Of a stretch of DNA of 64,000 nt, positions 19,575 to 28,679 are shown piece by piece; positions within the stretch are counted from its first letter, which is position 1, and every line of letters starts with the position of its first letter. Made by a program: the position numbers and the translations under genes. The notes beneath the pieces are model-generated. The model made no database searches and was not told the DNA's origin. It worked only from the letters and a program-made list of their open reading frames with translations. Origin of the DNA: Bacteroidales bacterium UBA5762 (GTDB taxonomy: Bacteria; Bacteroidota; Bacteroidia; Bacteroidales; TTA-H9); contig DIEY01000003.1 in the NCBI GenBank assembly GCA_002418865.1, forward strand, positions 31,062 through 95,061. The letters run 5' to 3'.

Positions 19575-20876
19575 ATGAATTCAGTAAAAGTCGCTTTTCA
19601 TACGCTGGGATGCAAATTAAATTTTGCTGAAACCTCCACTTTAATACGTAGATTTCGGGAGCATGGTTATCAAATTATTGATTTCGATAAAGAAGCCGAC
19701 ATTTATGTCATTCATACTTGTAGTGTTACATCGGTGGCTGAAAAGAAAAGCAGGGCAGCCATTTATCAGGCACACCGGCGAAATCCAAAGGCTTCAATAG
19801 CCGTTATTGGATGCTACCCAGAGCTTGAGGCTGAAAGATTGAAAGAGATCAGCGGAGTAAAATGGGTTTTAGGAAATCAGGAAAAATTTCAAATTGCAGA
19901 TCTGATCTCTCATGATTTTTCGGCAAAGCATGAAGTTTCAGTCGCATCAGCCGAAACTGCTGAAAACTTGCAAGAATTTTATCCTGCTTATTCGTCTGGC
20001 GACAGAACGCGTTCCTTTCTAAAAATTCAAGATGGATGCGACCATTTCTGTTCTTACTGTTCCATACCATACAGTCGTGGGCGCTCGCGGAGCTCATCTA
20101 TACAGGATACCCTCCAATGGGCACGAAAAGCTGCTGCAGAAGGTGTGAAAGAAATCGTTCTTACTGGTGTTAATATTGGTGACTTTGGTAGAAAAAATGG
20201 AGAATCACTCTTTGATTTGCTTCGTTGTTTCGATAAGGAAAGAATAGTAGAAAGAGTCCGACTTTCGTCAATAGAACCCGAATTATTAAGCAAGGAAATT
20301 ATTCGATTGGTGGCCGATTCACAGGTTCTGATGCCTCATTTCCATATTCCTTTGCAATCGGGCTCTAATACAATATTAAAAAGAATGAAAAGAAAATATA
20401 CAACTGAGGTTTTTGAAAGTCGGGTTAGATACATTAAACAATTAATGCCTTATGCTTGCATTGCTTGTGATGTAATTGTGGGCTTCCCGGGCGAAACCGA
20501 CGAACTTTTTGAAGAAACTTACCAGTTTATCGAAGACCTGCCTATATCTTATTTGCATGTATTCAGTTATAGCCAAAGAGCCAACACACTTGCCTTGAAA
20601 TTCACTGATGAAGTTCCACCTCTTATAAAGCACAGCAGAAGTCAAATTCTTCATCAGTGTTCAGCTATAAAACTCGATCAATTTTACAACTTTTGTCAGC
20701 ATCACTATGTAAATGTTCTTTTCGAATCGGAAAATACTGAGGGTATGATGTCGGGTTATTCCGAAAATTATATTCGCGTTGAAACCCCTTTCAGAGAAGA
20801 TTTTGTAAATCGAATCATACATTTGCCACTCGAGCAAAGAAATATTGCTGGAGACTATGTTTACTATCCTCAATAA
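19575..20876 (+). CDS. mtaB: tRNA t6A37 methylthiotransferase (radical SAM, MiaB/RimO family)
   Basis: UPF0004 N-domain TLGCKLN...HTCSVT...GC and radical-SAM cluster motif CDHFCSYCSIPYSRG. Confidence 0.85.
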   Translation: MNSVKVAFHTLGCKLNFAETSTLIRRFREHGYQIIDFDKEADIYVIHTCSVTSVAEKKSRAAIYQAHRRNPKASIAVIGCYPELEAERLKEISGVKWVLGNQEKFQIADLISHDFSAKHEVSVASAETAENLQEFYPAYSSGDRTRSFLKIQDGCDHFCSYCSIPYSRGRSRSSSIQDTLQWARKAAAEGVKEIVLTGVNIGDFGRKNGESLFDLLRCFDKERIVERVRLSSIEPELLSKEIIRLVADSQVLMPHFHIPLQSGSNTILKRMKRKYTTEVFESRVRYIKQLMPYACIACDVIVGFPGETDELFEETYQFIEDLPISYLHVFSYSQRANTLALKFTDEVPPLIKHSRSQILHQCSAIKLDQFYNFCQHHYVNVLFESENTEGMMSGYSENYIRVETPFREDFVNRIIHLPLEQRNIAGDYVYYPQ

Positions 20877-20902
20877 ATCATCATCCATTTAAACCATCTA
20901 AT

Positions 20903-22072
20903 ATGTATCCTAAAATCAGTGATTTAATCAACGATATTTTTGGAACTCACATTCAATTGCCCATTCAGTCGTATGGGATGATGATGGCAATTGCCTTTGT
21001 AGTAGGCGGCTTAATTCTCAATAGCGAATTGAAGCGCAAAGAAAGGGAGAAAATTTTAAAACCTCATTCTAAAAAAATAATAGAGGGTTTGCCAGCCACT
21101 CCTTTTGAGATTGCCTTGTCTGGCTTCATTGCTTTCATCCTTGGTTTCAAAATCATTGGCATTATTCTCGATTATAAATTTTTTGTCGATAATCCACAAG
21201 AATATATTCTATCATGGAAAGGAAGTTGGTTAGGAGGAATACTCGTCGGAGGATTTTCTGCTTATTACACATGGCATTCTAAAGAAAAGAAGAAGCTTTC
21301 CAAACCTAAGACCAAATTCGTAGAAATTCATCCACATGAATTAACGCTCAACATATTATTTGTAGCAGTGGTATTCGGTTTAATAGGAGCAAAGTTATTC
21401 GATATGATGGAACATTTGGATGAGTTATTTCGAGATCCTTTAGGCACCCTATTTTCGTTTAGTGGTCTTACATTTTATGGTGGTCTGATTCTGGGTGCCA
21501 TAGCCGTAATATTATATACTAAAAAACATGGTATAGCCTTCGAACATATAGCCGATGCAACTGCACCTGCTTTAATTTTGGCCTATGCCGTTGGCCGCAT
21601 TGGATGTCAGCTGGCCGGAGACGGTTGCTGGGGAATTCCTAATCCCAATCCCAAACCTCAATGGCTTTCCTTTTTACCTAATTGGTTATGGTCATTCAAT
21701 TATCCGCATAATGTAATTAATGAAGGTATTCCTATTCCTGGTTGCGAAGGTCAACATTGCTTTGTACTTCCACAACCTGTTTTTCCTACTCCCTTGTATG
21801 AAACAATAATTTGTACTTTGTTCTTTCTCATTCTATGGGGAATAAGAAAAAAACTCAACATTCCAGGTTTGTTATTTGGAATCTATTTAATGTTGAATGC
21901 ATTAGAAAGATTTTTTATAGAAGAAATTCGTGTTAACCGTAATTATAAAATCATAGGCTCTATAGAATTAAGTCAGGCCCAAATCATCGCCATTGCTATT
22001 TTTATTACTGGAGTGGTGCTTTCTTTTATTTTTTATCGTAAATACAAAAAACTACAAACTCAACGCATATGA
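20903..22072 (+). CDS. lgt: Prolipoprotein diacylglyceryl transferase
   Basis: Polytopic. Motifs are YGMMMAIAFVVG, FYGGLILG and GRIGCQLAGDGCWG (equivalent of the Lgt GRxGNFxNxE region), with a long insert typical of Bacteroidetes Lgt. Confidence 0.78.
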   Translation: MYPKISDLINDIFGTHIQLPIQSYGMMMAIAFVVGGLILNSELKRKEREKILKPHSKKIIEGLPATPFEIALSGFIAFILGFKIIGIILDYKFFVDNPQEYILSWKGSWLGGILVGGFSAYYTWHSKEKKKLSKPKTKFVEIHPHELTLNILFVAVVFGLIGAKLFDMMEHLDELFRDPLGTLFSFSGLTFYGGLILGAIAVILYTKKHGIAFEHIADATAPALILAYAVGRIGCQLAGDGCWGIPNPNPKPQWLSFLPNWLWSFNYPHNVINEGIPIPGCEGQHCFVLPQPVFPTPLYETIICTLFFLILWGIRKKLNIPGLLFGIYLMLNALERFFIEEIRVNRNYKIIGSIELSQAQIIAIAIFITGVVLSFIFYRKYKKLQTQRI

Positions 22073-22860
22073 ATTATGAAAATATCGCCTTCGAGGTAGA
22101 AAAGATTGCCAAAGAAGCCGCCAGATATATCTTAGACCGAAGAAAATCATTATCTGAATCGGACGTCGAAACCAAAGGTTTACATAACTATGTAACTTAT
22201 ATCGATAAAGGTTCGGAAAACTTAATAATAGACCATTTAAGGCCTTTGATAAACGATGCAGGATTTATAGCCGAAGAAAACACCCAAAATCTGAGAGCCG
22301 AGGAGTTGAACTGGATAATCGACCCTTTAGATGGAACTACAAATTTCATTCATGGGATTCCTATTTGCTCGGTCAGTATTGCCTTGATGCAAAATAGCGA
22401 GATTGTTGTGGGCGAGGTGCTCGAAATTTTTTCGGGAGAAAGCTTTTTAGCTTGGAAAGATGGACCTGCCCTTTGCAATGGGAAGCCCATACAAGTTTCT
22501 CGTCGTACGAATGTTAAAGAAATTTTATTGGCTACCGGATTTCCCTATTATGATTATGATTTATTGGAACAGTATTTAGAGGTATTTAAACATTTTATGA
22601 AGAACACTCGAGGTCTCAGGCGCTTAGGCTCTGCTGCCCTCGACCTTGCCTGGGTTGCCTGTGGACGTTTCGATGGATTTTATGAATATGGCTTGAACGA
22701 ATGGGATGTTGCGGCCGGTTCCTTCATTGTGGAAAGAGCCGGAGGGAAATGTTCCGATTTCAAAGGACAACCTAATCATGTATTTGGACGCCAAATCTTA
22801 AGCTCAAACGGAGTACTTCATCAAGAACTTTTAAATCAAATTCAAATATTTTTTCCTTAA
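22069..22860 (+). CDS. suhB: Inositol monophosphatase family protein
   Basis: WIIDPLDGTTNFIHG and GSAALDLAWVACGRFDGFYE motifs. It has a 4-nt overlap with lgt. Confidence 0.87.
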   Translation: MNYENIAFEVEKIAKEAARYILDRRKSLSESDVETKGLHNYVTYIDKGSENLIIDHLRPLINDAGFIAEENTQNLRAEELNWIIDPLDGTTNFIHGIPICSVSIALMQNSEIVVGEVLEIFSGESFLAWKDGPALCNGKPIQVSRRTNVKEILLATGFPYYDYDLLEQYLEVFKHFMKNTRGLRRLGSAALDLAWVACGRFDGFYEYGLNEWDVAAGSFIVERAGGKCSDFKGQPNHVFGRQILSSNGVLHQELLNQIQIFFP

Positions 22861-22890
22861 TAGGTTTATCCAGAAAAGACAACTAATTTC

Positions 22891-24291
22891 GTGATGGAAA
22901 CCGTATCATCGAAAATGAAACATTTATTATTGATCATGATTTTTCTTGGCATGGGTTCAATTTTATTGGCTGAGCAGGCAGTTACAGTCAAGAAAAGAAA
23001 TTTACCCGAAAAGGTGAGCAAAGTCTATATCATAGAAATGAAAGAAGAGATTGCCCCACCCATGCGACGAAAAGTTCAAAAAGGATTAAGAGAGGCCAGA
23101 GAAAATGGAGCCGATCTAATTATTATTCATATGAATACTTATGGAGGGACGCTGGATGCCGCCGACAGTATACGCACCATGATTTTGACTTCGTCATTAC
23201 CTGTGTGGGTTTTTATCGATAATAATGCAGCATCGGCTGGAGCACTCATCAGCATTGCCTGCGATTCTATATATATGAGACCAGGAGCTAATATTGGAGC
23301 TGCTACTGTAGTTGATCAGACCGGTGGAGCTTTACCGGATAAATATCAGTCTTACATGCGTTCTATGATGCGCTCAACAGCCGAAGCTAAAGGACGCGAC
23401 CCTCAAATTGCACAAGCTATGGTAGACACTCGAATCGTCGTCCCAGGCATAGATGATTCGACAACCGTAATAACCTTTACCACTAGTGAAGCCATCAAAT
23501 ATGGTTTTTGCGAAGGAGAAAGCGAAAATATACAAGAAATTCTGCAAAAATATGGATGGGATGACGCCATTATCATAACTCAGAAGTTGAGCGGTGTGGA
23601 TAAAATCATCAATTTCTTGATAAATCCCATTGTTTCGGCCATTTTAATCATGATGATCATAGGAGGAATTTATTTCGAACTTCAAACCCCTGGTATTGGT
23701 TTTCCATTGGCGGTTGCCATACTCGGTGCCATCTTGTATTTTGCCCCCTTATACCTTGAAGGATTGGCAGCACATTGGGAAATTCTACTTTTCATCATCG
23801 GACTCATTTTAATTGCTATAGAAATATTTGCCATTCCTGGTTTCGGAGTCACTGGAATTATTGGGATTATTCTCGTAGTAACAGGTCTTACGCTTAGCCT
23901 TGTGGGAAATTTCAGGGACATACCTGCCGGCCTAATCGCTCAGGATATTCTAAAGGCATTTTTCACGGTGGTCATAGCGGCATTCATTTCCTTGATCATT
24001 TCATTCTATGGCAGTAAGCGACTCTTCAGCCATCCCGTACCTTTCCTAGGAAATTTGGCCCTCGATACTACTCAAGACAAAGAACTCGGATATACTATTG
24101 CCGATAAGGATTATTCAAGTATGATTGGAAGAACCGGTTTTGCACTTACCATACTTCGACCCGCCGGAAAAATTAAGATAGAAGAAGAAGTATTCGATGC
24201 TGTTGCTATCAATGGATACATTTCGATGGGACAAGAAGTCGAAGTAATGCGTTACGAGAATGCTCAGCTTTATGTTAAAGTCAAAAACTAA
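22891..24291 (+). CDS. NfeD-family membrane-bound ClpP-class serine protease (long form)
   Basis: Signal sequence, ClpP-like domain (NTYGGTLDAA...ASAGALIS), four or more TM helices and a C-terminal NfeD OB domain. The likely true start is an internal ATG at 22894 or 22915. Confidence 0.78.
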   Translation: MMETVSSKMKHLLLIMIFLGMGSILLAEQAVTVKKRNLPEKVSKVYIIEMKEEIAPPMRRKVQKGLREARENGADLIIIHMNTYGGTLDAADSIRTMILTSSLPVWVFIDNNAASAGALISIACDSIYMRPGANIGAATVVDQTGGALPDKYQSYMRSMMRSTAEAKGRDPQIAQAMVDTRIVVPGIDDSTTVITFTTSEAIKYGFCEGESENIQEILQKYGWDDAIIITQKLSGVDKIINFLINPIVSAILIMMIIGGIYFELQTPGIGFPLAVAILGAILYFAPLYLEGLAAHWEILLFIIGLILIAIEIFAIPGFGVTGIIGIILVVTGLTLSLVGNFRDIPAGLIAQDILKAFFTVVIAAFISLIISFYGSKRLFSHPVPFLGNLALDTTQDKELGYTIADKDYSSMIGRTGFALTILRPAGKIKIEEEVFDAVAINGYISMGQEVEVMRYENAQLYVKVKN

Positions 24292-24302
24292 TAACTGGGA
24301 TC

Positions 24303-24836
24303 ATGGAAAGCTTAGAAAAAATAAAGAAAAGAATAGAAGTTATTCAAGGTGACATTACTCGATTTGAGGGAGATGCCGTAGTCAATGCGGCTAATTCTTC
24401 ATTGAGAGGTGGAGGTGGAGTAGATGGTGCAATTCATAGGGCTGCTGGGCCCCTTTTGCTCGAGGCTTGCAAAAAATTTGATGGTTGTCCAACAGGTGAT
24501 GCAGTATTAACACCTGGTTATAATTTAAAAGCGCAATGGGTGATACATACCGTAGGACCTATTTGGAGAGGTGGCAACCACGATGAAGCTAATCTTTTGG
24601 CATCGTGTTATCTGAAATGTTTAAGCCTGAGTTTCGAAAACAAATTCAGGCAGGTAGCTTTCCCCAATATTAGTACAGGAATTTATGGTTTCCCCAAAAA
24701 AGATGCAGCCCAAATTGCCATCAATACGGTTACACAATTCTTGCAATCGCATGAGTTTCCGCAAGAAGTCATCTTTGTGTGCTATGATACAGAGAATTAC
24801 TCGATTTACCGAGAAATGCTATCTTCAATTTTCTAA
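24303..24836 (+). CDS. ymdB: Macro-domain protein (O-acetyl-ADP-ribose deacetylase, YmdB-like)
   Basis: Motifs: GDITRFEGDAVVNAAN, GGGGVDGAIHRAAG and ISTGIYGFP. Confidence 0.87.
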   Translation: MESLEKIKKRIEVIQGDITRFEGDAVVNAANSSLRGGGGVDGAIHRAAGPLLLEACKKFDGCPTGDAVLTPGYNLKAQWVIHTVGPIWRGGNHDEANLLASCYLKCLSLSFENKFRQVAFPNISTGIYGFPKKDAAQIAINTVTQFLQSHEFPQEVIFVCYDTENYSIYREMLSSIF

Positions 24837-26140
24837 ATACCGATTTCCATTGCTTTTTTAGAAGATTTTTGAGGATTCCATGCATCACGGTATGATGATT
24901 TGAACAATATCTCCCTCAAATAAGCGATTGTTCTTACAGTCCTCATGTAATAACCATTATAAATCATCATGAGTGGAATATACATAAATAACTTCCATTC
25001 CTGGCTTCTACGTTCGGAAAGCATCATTGCCAAAGTAAACTGAAAAGTCGAACCTATGCCATAAATAATGAATTTGAGGGGAATAAGAAAGAGCAAAAAG
25101 TCAAAGTTGGTAACAAGAAGATTTATTGCATAAATCCACCAGAAAAAATCAAGAATTAAATTATAGAAAATATTTTCCCACAGCGCAAAGAAGTTAATGA
25201 ACGAAAAATTAGCCTGAGGCAAATAAATATCATGGTGTTTGCGGAGTCGAAAACGAATCAAAGATTTAGACCAACGCATACGCTGGCGTGAGAGTGCCGA
25301 GAAAGACGATGGAACGTTGGTAAGACTAACGGCATTGGCTGCAAAACGAATTTTAAAATCGAGTTTACGCATTTTAATGGTCAAGTCACCATCTAAACCT
25401 GGGCCTACGTCCCATCCGCCAAGTCGTAAGAGAACATCTCTTCTGAAAGCTCCAAAAGCCCCCGATATGATACGATATATTCCCAAATAAGAAGTCACAA
25501 CTCTCCCCACGCTAATTGTTTGAAGATATTCTATAGCCTGTAAACTTGTAGCAATACTTTCATGGATGTTTCTAACCTTTACATTGCCTCCCACTCCTCC
25601 TACATTATCTTCCATATAAAATGGAACAAGTATATTTTCAATTGCATTACGATCGAAAGAAGTATCGGCATCTACATGAATGACAAATTTTCCATGCGCA
25701 TATCTCAGTCCTAAATTAGCTGCACTGGCCTTTCCTCCCCTTATATCATTCCGTAAATAAACATCTATGAGTCCATTTTCCTTTAAATCCCTACATATCA
25801 GGTAAGTATCATCATCCGAAGCATCGTCTACGATGATAAATTCAAGATTAGTATAGGTTTGTTCCCTAAGGCCATTAACCAGTTTAAAAATATGTTGCCC
25901 TTCATTTCTTCCTGGTACAATGATAGAGACTAAGGGGTTCTCGGCTAAAAGTTCATAACGGGCGCGTTTGAAATTCAACTTGTTTCTTCGGCTTTGGAAC
26001 AGAATAATCCCTAAAATAATAACATCCAGTATTACAAAACGTGGGGCTTCAATATAGAAGTAATACCAAAATAAATTGATAATTCTAATCAACCCTTCAT
26101 GTTCAATACTATAAAAGAAATTATCCCAAAATGTAAACAT
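24833..26140 (-). CDS. Processive family-2 glycosyltransferase (PgaC/NodC/cellulose-synthase-like polysaccharide synthase)
   Basis: N-terminal TM helices, then SIIVPGRNEG, IVDDASDDD (aa 103-111), GGKASAANLG, HVDADT (DxD, aa 155-160), GLDGDLT (aa 248-254) and QRMRW (QxxRW, aa 286-290), followed by 3-4 C-terminal TM helices. Confidence 0.85.
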   Translation of the reverse strand: MFTFWDNFFYSIEHEGLIRIINLFWYYFYIEAPRFVILDVIILGIILFQSRRNKLNFKRARYELLAENPLVSIIVPGRNEGQHIFKLVNGLREQTYTNLEFIIVDDASDDDTYLICRDLKENGLIDVYLRNDIRGGKASAANLGLRYAHGKFVIHVDADTSFDRNAIENILVPFYMEDNVGGVGGNVKVRNIHESIATSLQAIEYLQTISVGRVVTSYLGIYRIISGAFGAFRRDVLLRLGGWDVGPGLDGDLTIKMRKLDFKIRFAANAVSLTNVPSSFSALSRQRMRWSKSLIRFRLRKHHDIYLPQANFSFINFFALWENIFYNLILDFFWWIYAINLLVTNFDFLLFLIPLKFIIYGIGSTFQFTLAMMLSERRSQEWKLFMYIPLMMIYNGYYMRTVRTIAYLREILFKSSYRDAWNPQKSSKKAMEIGI

Positions 26141-26157
26141 ATAATTTTCCCTTTATT

Positions 26158-27543
26158 TTATAACATGATGAGTTCGCCAATGATTTCGTTATGACTTTTA
26201 TACCCAGAAATAGGAATGGCTTTTATAATAAGGTTTATATGAATGTTTGGTAAACTACTTAAAAGAAGTTTTAAAAGCGATTGCCTTATATTTTCGAGCA
26301 CATTATGCAGCCGGGCTGGTTCGCTATCGGGTGAAATGATTAAAAATGTATTGTTGTTAATAAACGAAAGGATATCCGTAGACGTGGTTGCATTTTTCAT
26401 AAAATCGGCAATTTCAGTAACAAGTTTGCTATAACCTACCCCTAATTTATGCCTATCTGCATCGGCTAACGACAATATCAGACTTCCCGCCGAACTCAGG
26501 CGATTGTTATTTTTTGCCCTTTCGATTTCATATTTAAGGAAAATGTTGAAAGTTGTAAATGTAATAAATCCAGGTAGATCTAATTCTTCTTTTATTTCCT
26601 TTCCAAAACCATGTAAGGCGGTTTCTTCACCAATAGGTGTAAGTTCGAAGCTATAAATCTGCTTATCGATCAATGTTTCAACCGGATTATGTTTTTGACA
26701 CGAAAAGCAAAATGCTTCCATATTAGGTTCTTGAAAAGTATTCAAACAATTTCTACAGGTATAAACCAAAGAAGGTTTATCATAATCTACCCCTATATGT
26801 CTGAGCATACGGTTACATTTTGGACAAACCAAATAATCCCCACTGTGAAAATCATGCTCGGGCCCCACATAAGCGCATACAAAATGATGTATAAGGTTTT
26901 CGGTTACTAAATCTCCCGAACCACATTTTGGGCAAGTTTCTCTATAATTGATGAAACTCGAATAACAATTGCTGCATAAGTGTAAGCGATCGACAAACTT
27001 TGGCTTGAAAAATTCCCGATTAATCAAGTCATCTGTTAAACGAAACATATCCGAAATGTTCCCATTATTATAATGTTCGGAAAGAATAGGATAACTATAG
27101 CCTAAGCTCGAATGCGGGTCAACAATAGGCTGAAGTTTAATTTCTCTTGTATATAAATATCTCATGATCTTTGTCATGATTCTAATATCAGGTGTATCCG
27201 AATCAACAGTAGTCAGATTAGCCTGACGCGATTTTAGTTTATCAATTTTTGTAATAATTCCTTCAACCTGGAGAGACGAAATAATCCCATCGCTCATAGA
27301 TTCAACCTTTGGATCAATATTTTTTTCGATAGAATATATGAATATAGGGATTAAATAAATTGAGCCAATAAAGGAGGATCTGCACTGACGCAAGAGCTTC
27401 AAGCATCCTGTAGCATCGGTATAATCAAGAATCAAAGCATCATATAAAGCAAGCTGCCGAATATCAGATTCTTCGTAGAGAGTTATATAGGCTATTTCTC
27501 TATTATAAATGTTGGGTAGTTTAGTAATTCTTAGCTCAGCCAT
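26158..27543 (-). CDS. Cytoplasmic multi-CxxC zinc-ribbon protein with a degenerate GGDEF-like C-terminal domain (putative regulator of the adjacent synthase)
   Basis: Five CxxC pairs lie within aa 190-282 (CSNC, CPKC, CPKC, CRNC, CFSC). Residues 322-450 align by eye to a GGDEF fold, with NNNTF in place of GGDEF and TSTD in place of the RxxD I-site. There is no TM segment. Gaps to the neighbouring genes are 17 and 31 nt. Confidence 0.6.
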   Translation of the reverse strand: MAELRITKLPNIYNREIAYITLYEESDIRQLALYDALILDYTDATGCLKLLRQCRSSFIGSIYLIPIFIYSIEKNIDPKVESMSDGIISSLQVEGIITKIDKLKSRQANLTTVDSDTPDIRIMTKIMRYLYTREIKLQPIVDPHSSLGYSYPILSEHYNNGNISDMFRLTDDLINREFFKPKFVDRLHLCSNCYSSFINYRETCPKCGSGDLVTENLIHHFVCAYVGPEHDFHSGDYLVCPKCNRMLRHIGVDYDKPSLVYTCRNCLNTFQEPNMEAFCFSCQKHNPVETLIDKQIYSFELTPIGEETALHGFGKEIKEELDLPGFITFTTFNIFLKYEIERAKNNNRLSSAGSLILSLADADRHKLGVGYSKLVTEIADFMKNATTSTDILSFINNNTFLIISPDSEPARLHNVLENIRQSLLKLLLSSLPNIHINLIIKAIPISGYKSHNEIIGELIML

Positions 27544-27574
27544 ATATGAATTTTCTCCTATTTCGCATTGAAGC

Positions 27575-28645
27575 CTATAATTTAGAGATGGTTAATTTTA
27601 CCGTAAACTGGTAATAAGTAATCCATCGTACGCGCTCCAGTTCATCAAAAGGATAAACTTCAGCAATTACAGTCCTTTGATTTTTCCCTCTTATGGCTCT
27701 AAATTCTTCAGGTACTTCTTCTGTAATTAAATATATATCCTTGATGATTCCTTTACTACGAGAACCATCCATAAAACTTAGTTCAACTATATCGTTCAAC
27801 CTGAAATACTCAAGATTCTCCTGAGGAATGTAAGCCTTAATAAAGATTTTATCTAAATTGCTAATGAATAATGCAGCTTCCTTCTTATAAGTTATCCCTT
27901 TGAGTGGGGTATTAATTTTAGATATGATACCATTTACGGGTGAAATGTAGTAATAATCTATTCTTTGTTGACCACCGGCTCCCATAGAACTTCCACTTAT
28001 ACTTACATTAGCCGATAATTGCTGCTTCTGTAATTCTTCTAATTGCCTCAAATAAATATAAAGCTGAGAAAGTTCCTGATTCGATTTCGTTAAATCAATA
28101 CGATAGTCATCGAGTAACATTTTTTGCTGTTTCAGTACTACAGGAGGATACACATCGAGGTAAACTTCCAATTTCATTTTCTCAATCAAATCCTGCGTTT
28201 TACTAATTCTTTGTTTTACATCAGAGATATCAATTTGCTTTAACTGTATATTTCGCTTGGTAAGGCTAATTTCGCGCAAGAGCCAATTGCTCGTACCCTC
28301 TCCATCACTCAACGAAATAGTTGCATTTAGTTCATTATCATCATCGAAAAATTCAGTTCTGTATCTGAACAAAGTATCCCCAGCTTTTACCGTATCCCCC
28401 TCATTAACAAAATATTCCATAATCTTCATGTCATTCATCTCCATTACATCAAAACGACCCGTAATGACTTCACCCAAAGCCGAAGCAGATACATTACGGC
28501 GAATTAAATAAATGATAAGGCTCGTAATAAGCAAAATAAAGATAATCAAATAGATAATTCTATCTATATTGCTTCTTCTGCGGGGTTGCTCTTCCTTAAT
28601 CCCCGTTATTACACTCGCCTTATTTTGAAATTTAAACTGCTTCAC
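27575..28645 (-). CDS. HlyD-family periplasmic adaptor (membrane-fusion protein)
   Basis: One N-terminal TM helix (IIYLIIFILLITSLIIYLI), a lipoyl-like hairpin (VNEGDTVKAGDTLFRY ... SPVNGIISKI), a long coiled coil between them and a C-terminal beta-barrel. Confidence 0.8.
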   Translation of the reverse strand: MKQFKFQNKASVITGIKEEQPRRRSNIDRIIYLIIFILLITSLIIYLIRRNVSASALGEVITGRFDVMEMNDMKIMEYFVNEGDTVKAGDTLFRYRTEFFDDDNELNATISLSDGEGTSNWLLREISLTKRNIQLKQIDISDVKQRISKTQDLIEKMKLEVYLDVYPPVVLKQQKMLLDDYRIDLTKSNQELSQLYIYLRQLEELQKQQLSANVSISGSSMGAGGQQRIDYYYISPVNGIISKINTPLKGITYKKEAALFISNLDKIFIKAYIPQENLEYFRLNDIVELSFMDGSRSKGIIKDIYLITEEVPEEFRAIRGKNQRTVIAEVYPFDELERVRWITYYQFTVKLTISKL

Positions 28646-28679
28646 AAATTCTTCTATGCTATTAAATTATCGTATTCTT

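Noticed and set aside
22891-24836. The NfeD protease lacks the usual adjacent SPFH/stomatin partner and is followed by a macro-domain gene. I considered a novel pairing.
   Set aside because: The long-form NfeD is often separated from its stomatin partner. The 11-nt spacing to the macro-domain gene is consistent with simple operon packing. There is no sequence evidence of functional linkage.
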